A stretch of 64,000 bases of DNA from Eledone cirrhosa (GCA_964016885.1 OZ024741.1:401202001-401266000), one strand, 5' to 3'; shown: positions 33,201 to 48,700, counted from the stretch's first letter. Program-made: numbers and translations. The notes: generated by a model from the letters alone, not told the origin.

Positions 33201-34474
33201 GCAGACACACATTGAGACACAGACACTCATTGAGATAAAGAGACACATTGAGACACAGACACACATTGAGAAACAGACACTCATTGAGATACAGAGACAT
33301 ATTGAGAGACAGAGACACACATTGAGACACAGACATACATTGAGACACAGAGACACATTGAGACACAGACATACACATTGAAACACAGAGACACATTGAG
33401 ACACAGACACACATTGAGACACAGACACACATTGAGACACAGAGACACATTGAGACACAGACACACATTGAGACACAGACACACATTGAGACACAGAGAC
33501 ACAGACACACATTGAGACTCAGAGACACACATTGAGACACAGACCCACATTGAGATACAGAGACACATTGAGACACAGGGACACGTTGAGACACAGACAC
33601 ACATTGAGACACAGAAACACATTGAGACACAGACACACATTGAGACACAGACACACATTGAGACACAGAGACACAGACACACATTGAGACACAGGGACAC
33701 ACATTGAGACACAGACCCACATTGAGATACAGAGACACATTGAGACACAGACACACATTGAGACACAGGGACACATTGAGACACGGACACACATTGACAC
33801 ACAGACACACATTGAGACACAGACACACATTGAGACACAGATACACAGACACACATTGAGACACAGAGATACACATTGAGACACAGACCCACATTGAGAT
33901 ACAGAGACACACATTGAGATTCAGAAACACATTGAAACACAGAGACACAGAGACACATTGAGACACAGAGACACACATTGAGACACAGAGACACATTGAG
34001 ACACAGAGACACGTTGAGACACAGAGACACATTGAGACACAGTGACACACATTGAGTCACAGAGACACATTGAGACACAGAGACACACATTGAGACACAG
34101 ACACACATTGAGACACAGAGACACACATTGAGACACAGAGACACACATTGAGTCACAGAGACACATTGAGACACAGAGACACATTGAGACACAGAGACAC
34201 ATTGAGACACAGAGACACACATTGAGACACAGAGACACATTGAGACACAGGGACACATTGAGACACAGACACACATTGACACACAGACACACATTGACAC
34301 ACAGACACATTGAGACACAGAGACACATTGAGACACAGATAAACATTGAGACTCAGAGACACATTGAGACACAGCCACACATTGAGTCACAGAGACACAT
34401 TGAGATCCACAGACACATTGAGACACAGACACACATTGAGACACAGACACACATTGAGATCCACATACACATTG
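3262..34474. repeat. 18-bp minisatellite/satellite array, segment 1
   Basis: Units CACATTGAGACACAGAGA / CACATTGAGACACAGACA plus 10-, 16-, 20-bp and longer length variants, all in one orientation. The + strand is almost all A/C/G, with T mainly in the ATTGAG anchor. Confidence 0.98.
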
Positions 34475-36869
34475 ATTTCTTTATTAGCCACAAAGGGCGC
34501 ATCAAGAAAGGGGACAATACAAAGACATGCCGGGGATTTTACATACAGTCGTGTAAAAAATATAAAAACAAACAATTTCAACAATCGAAATCCCCAATAG
34601 GGGGGAGGCGCCACAAATGGGTTGTTTAATACCCCGTCGATAGAACAACCCTCAACTCAAGGAGCGTGTTGTGCAAGTGCTCCTTTCTTCCTTTTGCTCT
34701 CTTCCTCAACCTACAGGCTTATAAACAGAGAAGGCCCAATCACTCGGGCCATTTTCGCTTCATTCACCCACCTTTCAGTAAATTTACTGGGGTGCAGTGC
34801 CTCTCTCTCCACCCTGATTCTCCTCCTAAAGTGATACTTAAAGAATGGAATCAATTGTTGTCCGGAGAGAAAGGCATCTGTCCTCAGTCCTCTCAACCTC
34901 GTCCACCATATAACTTCTTTCACCATAGCCACCGTACAGAGGAAAACCGCCTCTCTTTCGTTTTTGAAAGAGTCTGGCGGTTTGATCCTTACTATGGATT
35001 CGGCAGTCAACTGTATTTGTCCCATACGCGACAGCAGTTGTTCTGCATAGTTCCACAGGTCGCTTACGCCCGGGCAGTGTACAATTGCGTGCAGAACTGT
35101 TTCAATGTCCTGCGCACATCTTGGACACGTCCTCTTGGAAGGATCCCTGCCAGGGCGTCCGTGCCTGTCGATCTTGTCACGAACCGGTAGAGCTCCTCGG
35201 TAGCACTGCCAGGCCAGGGACCTCTGTAAGTTGTCCATAGGTCCCGGGCGGAAAGTCCTACCAAACATACTGGTGAGCTCATCGTCTTCGACGCCCAGAG
35301 TCTCTCCGAGCACGTCGTCGCCCTTGTAACGTACAATCCCTCTATAGAATGTCGAAGTGGAGTATCCACTGATTGCTGCGCCCGCTTGCCAGAGGACTGT
35401 GAGCGCCTGAGCGCATTCAATGTGCCAGGCGCCGATCGTTTTCGGTCTTTTCTTCACCCAGGACTGCAGCTCCGTTAGCGAGACGAGCTGTGGGAAAGCC
35501 TGTCTCACAAACGGTGCCCACACCGGTTGGGGGTCGGTGAGGAATACCTGGAGATGCCGCAGCCTCAGCGCATGTTTGCGCATCATCAGCCACGGCATTC
35601 CCAGCCCTCCGTTGGAAGGGTGCTGACAGCAGACGGATTTCCTCACCAGCGGAGCCTGCTTCTTCCACAGAAACTGGAAGAGCATGCGTTCCATCTTGGC
35701 GAGGTGTTCACGGGGACAAGGCACGACAGTCAAGCGGTAGTAGATGACGGACGCTATGAAAGTGTTCGCCACCTCCGCTCGACCTTTCAAGGACAGTTTG
35801 CACTCTGCCCACTTCTGTGTGAGTGCAAACACCTTGGCCGTGACCTCGTTCCAGTTTTTCTCCACCTGGAGGTCTGGACCGAACCAGACCCCGAGCAATT
35901 TCACCGGTCCGTCCGTCCAGCGTCCAACGACGCTGTCGGATGTCATCGGTTTGCCTCTCCACGTACCGAGTTGCAAACCGACAGACTTGTCTGGGTTTAG
36001 TTTTGCTCCCGTCAGCGTTTCGTATTCTTTCAGTATGTTGCCGATCACCCCGATTTCCGAGGTGCTCGACACCATTACTGTCACGTCGTCGGCATAAGCC
36101 GAGGCCGCTTTGCGCAGTCCCGGTTCTAGGGGATGCCCTGCAACAGCTCCAATTTCCGCAGTAGTGGCTCTAGAGTCAATACATACAGAATGGAGGAGAG
36201 AGGGCATCCCTGTCGAATGGAACGCGTGATTGCGAATGGCTCCGATAGGTAGCCGTTCACCTTGACCCTCGAGCAATGCTGGTGTGCATCGCCTCGATCC
36301 ATCCTCTGAACACGGGACCGAAACCGGCCGCCTTGAGAACCGCTTCCAAGTATCGATGGTCGACCCTATCGAATACCTTAGACTGATCCAAGTTGATCAG
36401 AGCCCCACCGAAGCCGGGTTTACTACCCACCCTCTCTATGATGTATCGCATGAGGTGGAGGTTGTCGTGTATGGACCTGGTCGGGATTGCACACGTTTGC
36501 GCTTTCCCTACCAGGTTCTCGACGACAAGCGCCAACCTCGTCGCTAGCACCTTCGCCAAAATCTTTAACTCTGTGTTGAGCAGAGTTATGGGCCTGAAGT
36601 TGTTAATTTCGTCCCCCTTGTTCTCGTCTTTCCTGATCAGCGTTACTACGCCCTTGCCTGCAGAACTGGGAATTCTCCCGTTCTGCTGCCAATTGCAGTA
36701 GACGGCTTCGAGGACGCCAGAGAACAAGTCCGGCATGCCAATGTAAAACTCACAGGGTAGACCATCTAGACCGGGTGACTTGCGTTTCCCGCAGCGGCCC
36801 AGAGCGTCCCGTATCTCAGTGTCCGTGATCGGTCTTTCGCAGAACTCGGCGTCCGTGTTCGAGAGACGG
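34475..36869 (-). mobile_element. 5'-truncated Tx1/L1-clade non-LTR retrotransposon, copy 1
   Basis: ORF2 motifs KSPGLDG, NFRPITLLNTELKILAK, LDQSKVFDRVDH, RQGCPLS (shifted frame), YADD, KLLGVWFG, LSLKGR and a C-terminal CPRC…ETVLHAIVHC zinc knuckle. A ~235-bp 3' UTR ends in AATAAAGAAAT. Endonuclease domain and ORF1 are absent. Confidence 0.92.
34711..36868 (-). pseudogene. Reverse transcriptase ORF2 remnant with two frameshifts (~36276 and ~36130)
   Basis: The track ORFs 36257-36928 and 34711-36276 are bridged by a third frame reading CSRVKVNGYLSEPFAITRSIRQGCPLSSILYVLTLEPLLRKLELLQGIP, which has the expected RT domain order. Confidence 0.9.
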
Positions 36870-37057
36870 TTAGATAGCGTGACAAATAGAAAACTGTGGC
36901 TAGGGTGCATAGCCACATAATTCGCCAAAACAACGAAAATATAATCAGGTTAAATAACAAACCTGGACTGTATCGAGGGGTATTATGCCATATCCATGAT
37001 AAGTTTCTACGAATCCAAAATCAATGAGCAGAGGTGGTGAGAGCAGACCACAGATTG

Positions 37058-37171
37058 CTGAAGCTCATGGAGGAGATGGCAAAGGACCGTGACAAGTGGA
37101 GAGATGCTGTGCTGAATAGGACCCGTCCCACACTTGCAAGTAGGGAAAAGCGAACGTAAAATGGTGATGAT
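37058..37171 (+). mobile_element. Old RTE-type LINE 3'-end fragment (duplicate at 45390-45503)
   Basis: Translates LKLMEEMAKDRDKWRDAVLNRTR, similar to LHLSKTMTLDRDLWRHAVVQKT at ~52750-52820. It is followed by a degenerate …AACGTAAAATGGTGATGAT tail. Confidence 0.65.
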
Positions 37172-37440
37172 ATAAAGCATAGACTAAAATAAAGCTATTT
37201 CAGTCACATCACATAATAAATAGCTCAATACTATACAGATAAAAACCTATATTTTGTAGAGCTTCATTTATACAAATTATATTTAGATGTAATTCTGTAT
37301 ATAAAAGTAAGCATTGTAAGCAAGATATATAATTTTACCTATAAATGTGCTTATATCATGCAGTTTCATTTGACAAAGAAAATTACTAATTAAGATAATT
37401 AAACAGTAATTAAGACGTCAAAACCATCAGTAACCATAAT

Positions 37441-40400
37441 CACAGAGACACATTGAGACACAGAGACACATTGAGACACAGACACACATTGAGACACAGA
37501 CACACATTGAGACACAGACACACATTGAGACACAGAGACACTTTGAGATACAGACACACATTGAGACACAGACACACATTGAGACACGTAGACACATTGA
37601 GACCCAGAGACACACATTGAGACACAGAGGCACACATTGAGACACAGAGACACACATTGATCCACAGAGACACATTGAGACACAGACACACATTGACACA
37701 CAGAGACACAGAGATACATTGAGACACAGACACACATTGAGACACAGACACACATTGAGACACAGAGACACATTGAGACACAGACAGACACAGAGACACA
37801 CAGAGACATATTGAGACACACAGACACATTGAGACAGACACACATTGAGACACAGACACACATTGAGACACAGAGACACTCATTGAGACAGAGAGACACA
37901 TTGAGAGACAGAGACACATTGAGACACAGACACACATTGAGACACAAACACACATTGAGACACAGACACACATTGAAACATAGAGACACATTGAGACACA
38001 GAGACACATTGAGACACAGACACACATTGAGACACAGACACACATTGAGACACAGACACACATTGAGACTCAGAGACACATTGAGACACAGAAACACATT
38101 GAGACACAGAGACACATTGAGACACAGACACACATTGAGACTCAGAGACACATTGAGACACAGAGACACATTGAGACACAGACACACATTGAGACACAGA
38201 CACACATTGAGACTCAGAGACACATTGAGACACAGACACACATTGAGACTCAGAGACACATTGATACACAGACACACATTGAGACACAGAGACACATTGA
38301 GACACAGACACACATTGAGACACAGAGACACATTGAGACACAGAGACACATTGAGACACAGACACACATTGAGACACAGACACACATTGAGACTCAGAGA
38401 CACATTGAGACACAGAAAAACATTGAGATACAGAGACACATTGAGACACAGAGACACATTGAGAAACAGCGACACACATTGAGAAACAGAGACACATTGA
38501 GACACATTGTGAAACAGAGACACATTGAGACACGGAGACACAGAGAAATATTGAGACACAAAGACACATTGAGACACAGAGACACATTGAGACACAGACA
38601 CACATTGAGACACATTGAGACACATAGACACATTGAGACACAGAGACACTCATTGAGACACAGAGGCACACATTGAGACACAGAGACACACATTGATCCA
38701 CAGAGACACATTGAGACACAGACACACATTGACAAACAAAGACACAGAGATACTTGAGACACAGACACACATTGAGACACAGACACACATTGAGACACAG
38801 AGACACATTGAGACACAGAGACACATTGAGACACAGACACACATTGAGACACAGACACACGTTGAGACACATAGACACATTGAGACACAGAGACATACAT
38901 TGAGAGACAGACACACATTGAGATACAGACACTCATTGAGATACAGAGACACATTGAGACACAGACACACATTGAGACACAGAGACACTCATTGAGACAG
39001 AGAGACACATTGAGACACAGAGACACATTGAGACACAGACACACATTGAGACACAAACACACATTGAGACACAGACACACATTGAGACAGAGAGACACAT
39101 TGAGACACAGAGACACACAGAGACATATTGAGACACACAGACACATTGAGACAGACACACATTGAGACACAGACACACATTGAGACACAGAGACACTCAT
39201 TGAGACAGAGAGACACATTGAGACACAGAGACACATTGAGACACAGACACACATATTGAAACACAGAGACACATTGAGACATAGGGACACATTGAGACAC
39301 AGACACACATTGAGACACAGACACACATTGAGACACAGAGACACAGACACACGTTGAGACACAGAGACACACATTGAGACACAGACCCACATTGAGATAC
39401 AGAGACACATTGAGACACAGACACATTGAGACACAGACACACATTGAGACACAGAGACACATTGAGACACAGACACACATTGAGACACAGACACACATTG
39501 AGACACAGATACACAGACACACATTGAGACACAGAGATACACATTGAGACACAGACGCACATTGAGATACAGAGACACACATTGAGATTCAGAAACACAT
39601 TGAAACACAGAGACACAGACACATTGAGACACAGAGACACACATTGAGACACAGAGACACATTGAGACACAGAGACACGTTGAGACACAGAGACACATTG
39701 AGACACAGTGACACACATTGAGACACAGACACACATTGAGACACAGAGACACACATTGAGACACAGAGACACACATTGAGACACAGAGACACACATTGAG
39801 ACACAGAGACACATTGATACACAGAGACACATTGAGATACAGACACACATTGAGACACAGACACACATTGAGACACAGAGACACATTGAGACACAGACAC
39901 TCATTGAGACACAGAGACACACAGAGACATATTGAGACACAGAGACACATTGAGACACAGAGACACATTGAGACACAGACACACATTGAGACACATAGAC
40001 ACATTGAGACACAGAGACACACATTGAGACACAGAAGCACATATTGAGACACAGAGACACACATTGATCCGCAGAGACACATTGAGACGCAGACACACAT
40101 TGAGACACAGACACACATTGAGACAGAGACACTCATTGAGACACAGAGACACATTCAGACACAGAGACACACATTGAGACACAGAGACACACATTGAAAC
40201 ACAGAGACACATTGAGACACAGGGACACATTGAGACACAGACACACATTGAGACCCAAAGTCACATTGAGACACAGAGACACATTGTGACACATTGAGAC
40301 ACAGCCACACATTGAAACACAGAGACACATTGAGACACAGAGACACATTGAGACACAGACACAAATTGAGACACAGACACACATTGAGACACAGAGACAC

Positions 40401-42806
40401 ATTGAGACACAGAGACACACATTGAGACGCAGACACATATTGAGACACAGACACTCATTGAGATAAAGAGACACATTGAGACACAGACACACATTGAGAA
40501 ACAGACATTCATTGAGATACAGAGACATATTGAGACACAGAGACACACATTGAGACACAGACATACATTGAGACACAGAGACACATTGAGACACAGACAC
40601 ACACATTGAAACACAGAGACACATTGAGACACAGACACACGTTGAGACACAGACACACATTGAGACACAGAGACACATTGAGACACAGACACACATTGAG
40701 ACACAGACACACATTGAGACACAGAGACACAGACACACATTGAGACACAGAGACACACATTGATACACAGACCCACATTGAGATACAGAGACACATTGAG
40801 ACACAGACACACATTGAGACACAGACACACATTGAGACACAGAGACACATTGAGACACAGACACACATTGAGACACAGACACACATTGAGACACAGATAC
40901 ACAGACACACATTGAGACACAGACCCACATTGAGATACAGAGACACACATTGAGATTCAGAAACACATTGAAACACAGAGACACAGAGACACATTGAGAC
41001 ACAGAGACACACATTGAGACACAGAGACACATTGAGACACAGAGACACGTTGAGACACAGAGACACATTGAGACACAGTGACACACATTGAGACACAGAG
41101 ACACATTGAGACACAGAGACACACATTGAGACACAGAGACACACATTGAGACACAGAGACACATTGAGACACAGAGACACATTGAGACACAGAGACACAC
41201 ATTGAGACACAGAGACACATTGAGACACAGAGACACACATTGAGATACAGACACACATTGAGACACAGAGACACACATTGAGACACAGAGACACATTGAG
41301 ACACAGAGACACGTTGAGATACAGACACACATTGAGACACAGACACACATTGAGACACAGAGACACACAGAGACATATTGAGACACAGAGACACATTGAG
41401 ACACAGAGACACATTGAGACACATAGAAACATTGAGACACAGAGACACACATTGAGACACAGAAGCACACATTGAGACACAGAGACACACATTGATCCAC
41501 AGAGACACATTGAGACACAGACACACATTGAGACACAGAGACACTCATTGAGACACAGAGACACATTGAGACACAGAGACACATTGAGACACAGACACAC
41601 ATTGAGACACAAACACACATTGAGACACAGACACACATTGAGACACAGAGACACATTCAGACACAGAGACACACATTGAGACACAGAGACACACATTTAA
41701 ACACAGAGACACATTGAGACACAGGGACACATTGAGACACAGACACACATTGTGACCCAGAGACACATTGAGACACAGAGACACATTATGACGCATTGAG
41801 ACACAGCCACACATTGAAACACAGAGACACATTGAGACACAGAGACACATTGAGATACAGAGACACATTGAGACACAGAGACACACATTGAGACACAGAC
41901 ACACATTGAGACACAGACACTCATTGAGATAAAGAGACACATTGAGACACAGACACACATTGAGAAACAGACACTCATTGAGATACAGAGACATATTGAG
42001 ACACAGATACACACATTGAGACACAGACATACATTGAGACACAGAGACACATTGAGACACAGACACACACATTGAAACACAGAGACACTTTGAGACACAG
42101 GGACACATTGAGACACGGACACACATTGACACACAGACACACATTGAGACACAGACACACATTGAGACACAGATACACAGACACACATTGAGACACAGAG
42201 ATACACATTGAGACACAGACCCACATTGAGATACAGAGACACACATTGAGATTCAGAAACACATTGAAACACAGAGACACAGAGACACATTGAGACACAG
42301 AGACACACATTGAGACACAGAGACACATTGAGACACAGAGACACGTTGAGACACAGAGACACATTGAGACACAGTGACACACATTGAGTCACAGAGACAC
42401 ATTGAGACACAGAGACACACATTGAGACACAGACACACATTGAGACACAGAGACACACATTGAGACACAGAGACACACATTGAGTCACAGAGACACATTG
42501 AGACACAGAGACACATTGAGACACAGAGACACATTGAGACACAGAGACACACATTGAGACACAGAGACACATTGAGACACAGGGACACATTGAGACACAG
42601 ACACACATTGACACACAGACACACATTGACACACAGACACATTGAGACACAGAGACACATTGAGACACAGATAAACATTGAGACTCAGAGACACATTGAG
42701 ACACAGCCACACATTGAGTCACAGAGACACATTGAGATCCACAGACACATTGAGACACAGACACACATTGAGACACAGACACACATTGAGATCCACATAC
42801 ACATTA
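37441..42806. repeat. 18-bp array, segment 2
   Basis: Same unit and orientation. Resumes abruptly after …CCATAAT at 37440. Confidence 0.98.
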
Positions 42807-45201
42807 ATTTCTTTATTAGCCACAAAGGGCGCATCAAGAAAGGGGACAATACAAAGACATGCCGGGGATTTTACATACAGTCGTGTAAAAAATATAAAAA
42901 CAAACAATTTCAACAATCGAAATCCCCAATAGGGGGGAGGCGCCACAAATGGGTTGTTTAATACCCCGTCGATAGAACAACCCTCAACTCAAGGAGCGTG
43001 TTGTGCAAGTGCTCCTTTCTTCCTTTTGCTCTCTTCCTCAACCTACAGGCTTATAAACAGAGAAGGCCCAATCACTCGGGCCATTTTCGCTTCATTCACC
43101 CACCTTTCAGTAAATTTACTGGGGTGCAGTGCCTCTCTCTCCACCCTGATTCTCCTCCTAAAGTGATACTTAAAGAATGGAATCAATTGTTGTCCGGAGA
43201 GAAAGGCATCTGTCCTCAGTCCTCTCAACCTCGTCCACCATATAACTTCTTTCACCATAGCCACCGTACAGAGGAAAACCGCCTCTCTTTCGTTTTTGAA
43301 AGAGTCTGGCGGTTTGATTCTTACTATGGATTCGGCAGTCAACTGTATTTGTCCCATACGCGACAGCAGTTGTTCTGCATAGTTCCACAGGTCGCTTACG
43401 CCCGGGCAGTGTACAATTGCGTGCAGAACTGTTTCAATGTCCTGCGCACATCTTGGACACGTCCTCTTGGAAGGATCCCTGCCAGGGCGTCCGTGCCTGT
43501 CGATCTTGTCACGAACCGGTAGAGCTCCTCGGTAGCACTGCCAGGCCAGGGACCTCTGGAAGTTGTCCATAGGTCCCGGGCGGAAAGTCCTACCAAACAT
43601 ACTGGTGAGCTCATCGTCTTCGACGCCCAGAGTCTCTCCGAGCACGTCGTCGCCCTTGTAACGTACAATCCCTCTATAGAATGTCGAAGTGGAGTATCCA
43701 CTGATTGCTGCGCCCGCTTGCCAGAGGACTGTGAGCGCCTGAGCGCATTCAATGTGCCAGGCGCCGATCGTTTTCGGTCTTTTCTTCACCCAGGACTGCA
43801 GCTCCGTTAGCGAGACGAGCTGTGGGAAAGCCTGTCTCACAAACGGTGCCCACACCGGTTGGGGGTCGGTGAGGAATACCTGGAGATGCCGCAGCCTCAG
43901 CGCATGTTTGCGCATCATCAGCCACGGCATTCCCAGCCCTCCGTTGGAAGGGTGCTGACAGCAGACGGATTTCCTCACCAGCGGAGCCTGCTTCTTCCAC
44001 AGAAACTGGAAGAGCATGCGTTCCATCTTGGCGAGGTGTTCACGGGGACAAGGCACGACAGTCAAGCGGTAGTAGATGACGGACGCTATGAAAGTGTTCG
44101 CCACCTCCGCTCGACCTTTCAAGGACAGTTTGCACTCTGCCCACTTCTGTGTGAGTGCAAACACCTTGGCCGTGACCTCGTTCCAGTTTTTCTCCACCTG
44201 GAGGTCTGGACCGAACCAGACCCCGAGCAATTTCACCGGTCCGTCCGTCCAGCGTCCAACGACGCTGTCGGATGTCATCGGTTTGCCTCTCCACGTACCG
44301 AGTTGCAAACCGACAGACTTGTCTGGGTTTAGTTTTGCTCCCGTCAGCGTTTCGTATTCTTTCAGTATGTTGCCGATCACCCCGATTTCCGAGGTGCTCG
44401 ACACCATTACTGTCACGTCGTCGGCATAAGCCGAGGCCGCTTTGCGCAGTCCCGGTTCTAGGGGATGCCCTGCAACAGCTCCAATTTCCGCAGTAGTGGC
44501 TCTAGAGTCAATACATACAGAATGGAGGAGAGAGGGCATCCCTGTCGAATGGAACGCGTGATTGCGAATGGCTCCGATAGGTAGCCGTTCACCTTGACCC
44601 TCGAGCAATGCTGGTGTGCATCGCCTCGATCCATCCTCTGAACACGGGACCGAAACCGGCCGCCTTGAGAACCGCTTCCAAGTATCGATGGTCGACCCTA
44701 TCGAATACCTTAGACTGATCCAAGTTGATCAGAGCCCCACCGAAGCCGGGTTTACTACCCACCCTCTCTATGATGTATCGCATGAGGTGGAGGTTGTCGT
44801 GTATGGACCTGGTCGGGATTGCACACGTTTGCGCTTTCCCTACCAGGTTCTCGACGACAAGCGCCAACCTCGTCGCTAGCACCTTCGCCAAAATCTTTAA
44901 CTCTGTGTTGAGCAGAGTTATGGGCCTGAAGTTGTTAATTTCGTCCCCCTTGTTCTCGTCTTTCCTGATCAGCGTTACTACGCCCTTGCCTGCAGAACTG
45001 GAAATTCTCCCGTTCTGCTGCCAATTGCAGTAGACGGCTTCGAGGACGCCAGAGAACAAGTCCGGCATGCCAATGTAAAACTCACAGGGTAGACCATCTA
45101 GACCGGGTGACTTGCGTTTCCCGCAGCGGCCCAGAGCGTCCCGTATCTCAGTGTCCGTGATCGGTCTTTCGCAGAACTCGGCGTCCGTGTTCGAGAGACG
45201 G
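42807..45201 (-). mobile_element. Tx1/L1-clade retrotransposon, copy 2 (duplicate of copy 1)
   Basis: Same truncation point and same two frameshifts. I see only ~3 internal substitutions (e.g. DNLQR vs DNFQR, RIPSS vs RISSS). Confidence 0.92.
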
Positions 45202-45772
45202 TTAGATAGCGTGACAAATAGAAAACTGTGGCTAGGGTGCATAGCCACATAATTCGCCAAAACAACGAAAATATAATCAGGTTAAATAACAAACCTGGAC
45301 TGTATCGAGGGGTATTATGCCATATCCATGATAAGTTTCTACGAATCCAAAATCAATGAGCAGAGGTGGTGAGAGCAGACCACAGATTGCTGAAGCTCAT
45401 GGAGGAGATGGCAAAGGACCGTGACAAGTGGAGAGATGCTGTGCTGAATAGGACCCGTCCCACACTTGCAAGTAGGGAAAAGCGAACGTAAAATGGTGAT
45501 GATATAAAGCATAGACTAAAATAAAGCTATTTCAGTCACATCACATAATAAATAGCTCAATACTATACAGATAAAAACCTATATTTTGTAGAGCTTCATT
45601 TATACAAATTATATTTAGATGTAATTCTGTATATAAAAGTAAGCATTGTAAGCAAGATATATAATTTTACCTATAAATGTGCTTATATCATGCAGTTTCA
45701 TTTGACAAAGAAAATTACTAATTAAGATAATTAAACAGTAATTAAGACGTCAAAACCATCAGTAACCATAAT

Positions 45773-48700
45773 CACAGAGACACATTGAGACACAGAGACA
45801 CATTGAGACACAGACACACATTGAGACACAGACACACATTGAGACACAGACACACATTGAGACACAGAGACACTTTGAGATACAGACACACATTGAGACA
45901 CAGACACACATTGAGACACGTAGACACATTGAGACCCAGAGACACACATTGAGACACAGAGGCACACATTGAGACACAGAGACACACATTGATCCACAGA
46001 GACACATTGAGACACAGACACACATTGACACACAGAGACACAGAGATACATTGAGACACAGACACACATTGAGACACAGACACACATTGAGACACAGAGA
46101 CACATTGAGACACAGACAGACACAGAGACACACAGAGACATATTGAGACACACAGACACATTGAGACAGACACACATTGAGACACAGACACACATTGAGA
46201 CACAGAGACACTCATTGAGACAGAGAGACACATTGAGAGACAGAGACACATTGAGACACAGACACACATTGAGACACAAACACACATTGAGACACAGACA
46301 CACATTGAAACATAGAGACACATTGAGACACAGAGACACATTGAGACACAGACACACATTGAGACACAGACACACGTTGAGACACATAGACACATTGAGA
46401 CACAGAGACATACATTGAGACACAGAGACACATTGAGACACAGAGACACATTGAGACACAGACACACATTGAGACACAGACACACGTTGAGACACATAGA
46501 CACATTGAGACACAGAGACATACATTGAGAGACAGACACACATTGAGATACAGACACTCATTGAGATACAGAGACACATTGAGACACAGACACACGTTGA
46601 GACACAGAGACACTCATTGAGACAGAGAGACACATTGAGACACAGAGACACATTGAGACACAGACACACATTGAGACACAAACACACATTGAGACACAGA
46701 CACACATTGAGACAGAGAGACACATTGAGACACAGAGACACACAGAGACATATTGAGACACACAGACACATTGAGACAGACACACATTGAGACACAGACA
46801 CACATTGAGACACAGAGACACTCATTGAGACAGAGAGACACATTGAGACACAGAGACACATTGAGACACAGACACACATATTGAAACACAGAGACACATT
46901 GAGACATAGGGACACATTGAGACACAGACACACATTGAGACACAGACACACATTGAGACACAGAGACACAGACACACGTTGAGACACAGAGACACACATT
47001 GAGACACAGACCCACATTGAGATACAGAGACACATTGAGACACAGACACATTGAGACACAGACACACATTGAGACACAGAGACACATTGAGACACAGACA
47101 CACATTGAGACACAGACACACATTGAGACACAGATACACAGACACACATTGAGACACAGAGATACACATTGAGACACAGACGCACATTGAGATACAGAGA
47201 CACACATTGAGATTCAGAAACACATTGAAACACAGAGACACAGACACATTGAGACACAGAGACACACATTGAGACACAGAGACACATTGAGACACAGAGA
47301 CACGTTGAGACACAGAGACACATTGAGACACAGTGACACACATTGAGACACAGACACACATTGAGACACAGAGACACACATTGAGACACAGAGACACACA
47401 TTGAGACACAGAGACACACATTGAGACACAGAGACACATTGATACACAGAGACACATTGAGATACAGACACACATTGAGACACAGACACACATTGAGACA
47501 CAGAGACACATTGAGACACAGACACTCATTGAGACACAGAGACACACAGAGACATATTGAGACACAGAGACACATTGAGACACAGAGACACATTGAGACA
47601 CAGACACACATTGAGACACATAGACACATTGAGACACAGAGACACACATTGAGACACAGAAGCACATATTGAGACACAGAGACACACATTGATCCGCAGA
47701 GACACATTGAGACGCAGACACACATTGAGACACAGACACACATTGAGACAGAGACACTCATTGAGACACAGAGACACATTCAGACACAGAGACACACATT
47801 GAGACACAGAGACACACATTGAAACACAGAGACACATTGAGACACAGGGACACATTGAGACACAGACACACATTGAGACCCAAAGACACATTGAGACACA
47901 GAGACACATTGTGACACATTGAGACACAGCCACACATTGAAACACAGAGACACATTGAGACACAGAGACACATTGAGACACAGACACAAATTGAGACACA
48001 GACACACATTGAGACACAGAGACACATTGAGACACAGAGACACACATTGAGACGCAGACACATATTGAGACACAGACACTCATTGAGATAAAGAGACACA
48101 TTGAGACACAGACACACATTGAGAAACAGACATTCATTGAGATACAGAGACATATTGAGACACAGAGACACACATTGAGACACAGACATACATTGAGACA
48201 CAGAGACACATTGAGACACAGACACACACATTGAAACACAGAGACACATTGAGACACAGACACACGTTGAGACACAGACACACATTGAGACACAGAGACA
48301 CATTGAGACACAGACACACATTGAGACACAGACACACATTGAGACACAGAGACACAGACACACATTGAGACACAGAGACACACATTGATACACAGACCCA
48401 CATTGAGATACAGAGACACATTGAGACACAGACACACATTGAGACACAGACACACATTGAGACACAGAGACACATTGAGACACAGACACACATTGAGACA
48501 CAGACACACATTGAGACACAGATACACAGACACACATTGAGACACAGACCCACATTGAGATACAGAGACACACATTGAGATTCAGAAACACATTGAAACA
48601 CAGAGACACAGAGACACATTGAGACACAGAGACACACATTGAGACACAGAGACACATTGAGACACAGAGACACGTTGAGACACAGAGACACATTGAGACA

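Noticed and set aside
34711-36276. 521-aa ORF as an intact reverse transcriptase gene
   Set aside because: Its first ~50 residues are out-of-frame sequence, and the element lacks the endonuclease, ORF1 and promoter.
34622-36701. Plus-strand ORFs over the Tx1 copies (also 42954-45033 and 51804-52393)
   Set aside because: Antisense shadows of a GC-rich RT coding region with no recognisable motifs.
36870-36928. MANYVAMHPSHSF… as the true N-terminus of the RT ORF
   Set aside because: It lies beyond the apparent 5' truncation, so it is flank sequence that happens to be in frame.
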